Assembly: GCA_051294905.1 (NCBI GenBank)
Contig: CM119373.1
Coordinates: 9,176,001-9,240,000 of the forward strand
Direction of reading: 5' to 3'
Source of the DNA: Botryllus schlosseri
Lineage: Eukaryota
DNA length: 64,000 nt
The first letter of the stretch is position 1, and each line of letters starts with the position of its first letter. The notes under the pieces were generated by a model, which ran no database searches, was not told the DNA's origin, and saw nothing but the letters and a program-made list of their open reading frames with translations. Made by a program: the position numbers and the translations under genes. Positions 60,330 through 64,000 of the stretch are shown here, piece by piece.

Positions 60330-62314
60330 ACGCAATATCAAACCAGAGTACCAGACTCATGTTGCGCTACCTACAGCAAACATCTACAAATAAATTATGT
60401 ATTGAGCAATCTCTTGGTTCAAAGACTTACGAAAGAGTTGTTGACGTTCGACTTTGTCCCAAAATTCATCACAATTGACCTCATCGATCTCTTGATCAAC
60501 ATAAGACGAACTTAGATGCGATTCTGAGCATCGAAACTTCCACGATCAAAATTGTCGGTCGATTACCACATAAATCACAGCCTAAGGAGTATTTATGATC
60601 AGAAATAGCTTCGAAATGCAAATACGCGTTTCGAGTCTACTTTTAGCTCAAGGCGCGCCGAGAGCACTTTGGACAAACGTCCGACTGGAAGGAATTCTTT
60701 CACTCCCTCTCTCAATGTTAAGCAAAGATCGATGGTTAAAAACAAATTATCGTCGAACTTGTAAGTAGTCTTGATACCTGTAACACATATTTCATTGTGT
60801 GCGCTGGCGATAAGTAACACATATTTCATTGTGTGCGCTGGCGATAATACGCTTTTAAATTTTCGATAAGTTCATTAAAACCCAGAATCGTCGCTTCACT
60901 AGTTATCAACCGAGGTCCCCAGAGAGATTTTACACTCGTGACATGTGGTTTCGGACGGATACAGTGCACTTGAACAGTCGTTCGTACTACGTAATTTGGG
61001 TGAAATATGCAACGGAATTCGTTTATTTGCCTTTTATGTATTCGCACATTTTTTTAAGTACAACATCCTGCGGTGGGTATATAGATTTATATTAATATCA
61101 GGACGCTGTTCGTATTGTTCGATGTCTTCCCCTTCGCTATCCTGTATTGTTCGAAATTTGTCGAACATATCTTTTCCCGCCAAATACCACTTGCAAACAC
61201 ATTTGTGAACACACAATACTTTATGCATTGCAACAGCTACATGACATGCGACTGAGTTCCATATCTGCAGATACCACTACTCTCCCAAGACGACAAAAAT
61301 AATAGTTTGTTTCACCAGAAAATATGGAAAACATTAGATATCGGCCGTGATGTATGGCATGCAGGAGTTGAGCAGATGCGTCGTTCGTTTTTTTTATGAC
61401 ATTCCCGGCAATTATCTATTTTTCTCTGCGTAAGCCACCTATACGGACCCGTGTGCGACAGTTTCATTAAATCGTTGTTTTGAAGGGCTTATAAGGGAGA
61501 TAAGCGGGATTGTTTGAAGCAATTTAGCGGGATTGTTTGAAGCAATTTCCCAGTGCTTACATTCTGTCGCCGGACGATCGCTTTGCCAGTGAACCCGAAT
61601 ATAATTCATACAATCACCGTTGTCGCACTCCACTGCGGTGGAAAGTCTGCACTGTGCAACGTTTTTTCGAACGTGGACATGATAGGGAATTCTTCCTCGA
61701 GCGCTCATTCGAACAAGGTATATTCCCCGCATTTCAACTACATTATATGCCATGTTCTCTGTTTCCACACTGTGATCTCGTCGGCAATGCTGTGCAGTAG
61801 AGCGACTATTCATTGTTTTGAAACAAATCGAACATTCATCCAATTTTCCATTTCCTTTCTTGGACTTTTCAGTCGTGACGATACGAGATTCTGCGAACAA
61901 CGGTCGAGTAAATTTTGGCTCGTAAAAAACTGCCGGACTCTGCAGCTGATTTTGAATGTTAGTTGGTTAAATGTATTTCGAAGTAATAATAGGATATTGT
62001 TCGGCTGCATATTGGGCAGTGCTAATGAGTTTTTTTCTGATCCCTGTCGAGGCCATCATGATCAATTTCACATGGTAGACATTTGTAATCTTCAAATGCA
62101 ATTGTTCTGCGACGATGGGCCTTTTATAATGATTTTTCTGATGTGAGTCGTATTTAATCACCACTCGACACAAACGGCAATGCCAATGCCCCTTTTTATA
62201 GTGGAAATTACCGGGGCACTCCATGAAAGTGCTGCTGTAGTACCCGGGACTGTTAACAACATCGTTGAGACAATTCTTGTGGAGTACATCTGAAGCATCT
62301 ACCATGGCGCTCAA
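60330..62314 (-). pseudogene. Zisupton/KDZ (HMGXB3-like) transposase remnant, N-terminal zinc-finger region
   Basis: HWHCRLC and HCPICS fingers; GIYLVRMSARG..VHVRK..CDNGDC..ECKH; SWIM-like CVHKCVCKWYL; YRYQD..FDDNLFLTIDLCL; CDLCGNRP; VNCDEFWDKV. Confidence 0.68.
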
Positions 62315-62429
62315 ATAACATTTGTACTTTAATTATATCTGCGAAAACTAGGATTGATGATGACGAATGAAATAATTAGTATATTAAAATATCGTCCATA
62401 GAGGCATAAGCAATGATTGGGAGAGCGTG

Positions 62430-63140
62430 TCATCTAAGTTACAGCGATGTCTTATCGATATTGAGCTCTGAGCTCTGGATGACACGAAATCGTCTCAAGT
62501 TGAACAAAGAGAAAACTGAACCCATCATTTTACTCCAACCTAACGCCCCATCGACCACAATCAATAATTCACCATCAGATTCAGACCAGACACCATCCAG
62601 GTCAAGACACGTGTACCTAACGTAGGTATTATTCACTTCGACGACATGCTCTCAATGAAAAAACATATCAACTATAAAAACCGAAGATCTGTTTCATGTA
62701 TATCCGCAAGGTCAGTCGAATCAGGAATTACGTATCTGAGGATGCAAGGAAAATGCTCTGCTTTACGGGGTAGACCAAATTTGCATCGACAAGACCCAAA
62801 ATATCGCTGCTCGTCTGGTGACTCGGTCAATAAAGCGCGATCACGTAGCGCCGCTCCTTAGACCCCTTCATTGGTTACTCGTGGAATTTAGGTCTGAATA
62901 CAAGTGACTGTACGCCGTACGTGTACGTCTTCAAATGCATGGAGGAAAGTGCACCAGCTCATCTTCGTGAGCTAGTGACAATCTACAATCCCGGAAGAGC
63001 GTACGTTCTCAGTCGCAAAAACTCTTGTCAGTTCCAAGAGTCAGAACATCGACCTGCGGGCAGAGAACCTTTTCTTCATCGGCCGCTATTCTGTGGAACA
63101 TAACGACAGTCGAAAATTTGTCCAGTGTCAACAGACATTA
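62430..63140 (+). pseudogene. L2/CR1-type LINE reverse transcriptase 3' fragment
   Basis: WMTRNRLKLNKEKTE, FDDMLSMKKHI, AARLVT, LHWL, FKCMEESAPAHLRELV. Confidence 0.85.
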
Positions 63141-63169
63141 TGACAACGACACCATGAGACGATTTGAAA

Positions 63170-63636
63170 TCTCTATGGTGCCATGTTCCATCATATGAGA
63201 CCAAAATATCGATCGATGATAGTATCATCAGTTATATAATGATCATCCAACTGGAAGACGCCTCGCAATTTTTTGCCAGCAGCTATGTACTGTTCATCAC
63301 AAGCCCCTTTCACAGGAATTTGAAATGTTCTTGTTGTGTTTTTCCCAACAGCTTGTTGTCTTTCTCCCAACAGCTTTGAACAGATGGAGAAAGCATTCCA
63401 AAAATACAGCTGATTCTTGAAAATGCTTCTCTGCCAAGACATAATAATGCCACCATCGAAAATGATGCACGCACATTTACTTCATGCGAACGTTTCTTCA
63501 TTTGGGACGTAGACATTGATGTTTTTGCGCAACACTTTGTACACGCCAACTCACAAGACAGTCCATTGTACGTTCCCTCATCAATAACTGCAATGGAGCC
63601 TCCTTCACACGTTTGGGACACTGCTTCAGAAATCAT
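63170..63636 (-). pseudogene. Kolobok-type (Mutator-like domain) transposase N-terminal remnant
   Basis: GLSCELACTKC..TS..EVNVRA..LG..FSRI, followed by a degenerate D..V..DGTW region. Confidence 0.6.
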
Positions 63637-63661
63637 GTTATCGATATTTGGAACGTGAAGG

Positions 63662-64000
63662 TATAGAAATTAAACATGGAACGGCAACGACCGATTTTGC
63701 AGCTTCGTTCCGCTTCGCCGGGGCTGGAGTGGAGAGTGGTTTTGCGTAAGCGACTGTAGGATTTCTGGCAATCCAAAAGCTATCTTCCCGAGCGCAGAAA
63801 CTATTGAATTTGGTCTTGATCGAAAGCCACTGCTGCACCGATTCCGAAAATATAAAGTAAAATAATGATCAGGCACTGATCCACCTGGAATCTGTCCTCC
63901 AAGTCTGAAATATCGGCATTGTTCAGAACAATCGGGTAACCGCAACACAATGACCATAACAATGACCCGTTGCGACTCTCCGATTGTTCGAACAATGCCG
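63662..64000. mobile_element. Second copy of the palindromic MITE family, cut by the window end
   Basis: CGACCGATTTTGCAGCTTCGTTCCGCTTCGC and GATTTCTGGCAATCCAAAAGCT shared with 49880-50466. Confidence 0.88.

Noticed and set aside
1-64000. tRNA, rRNA and the many 60-120 aa ORFs antisense to or overlapping TE genes
   Set aside because: No cloverleaf or A/B-box pair and no rRNA similarity seen; the short ORFs are shadows of TE coding strands or chance.

Overview
Eukaryotic, repeat-saturated DNA, most likely from an invertebrate animal (spliceosomal introns, a U6 snRNA-like copy, CCCTAA motifs, animal-type transposon families). No intact host gene, tRNA, rRNA or CRISPR array is recognisable. The window is a nested transposon pile. 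It holds three PIF/Harbinger families (one copy with both ORFs intact, 27892-30172), an intron-containing THAP/ISL2EU-type element, about ten hAT MITEs and deletion derivatives with 8-bp TSDs, two P-element-like remnants and two pogo/Tigger remnants. There are also Zisupton-like and Kolobok-like remnants, an R4-type and an L2-type LINE fragment, and several Penelope-like (PLE) retroelement pieces. The most unusual object is a decayed PLE-type reverse transcriptase (~31890-36440) with no visible endonuclease, a very G-poor (A+C-rich) sense strand and a long 3' tail carrying scattered CCCTAA/TAACCC motifs, an architecture resembling telomere-associated endonuclease-deficient retroelements. Other leads are a candidate minimal hammerhead ribozyme (57196-57230), a possible parvovirus NS1-like helicase fossil (38695-38955), a U6-like sequence inside a Harbinger element, and two hAT elements sharing a triplicated target site. 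Family assignments come from hand translation and remembered motifs; no database search was run.
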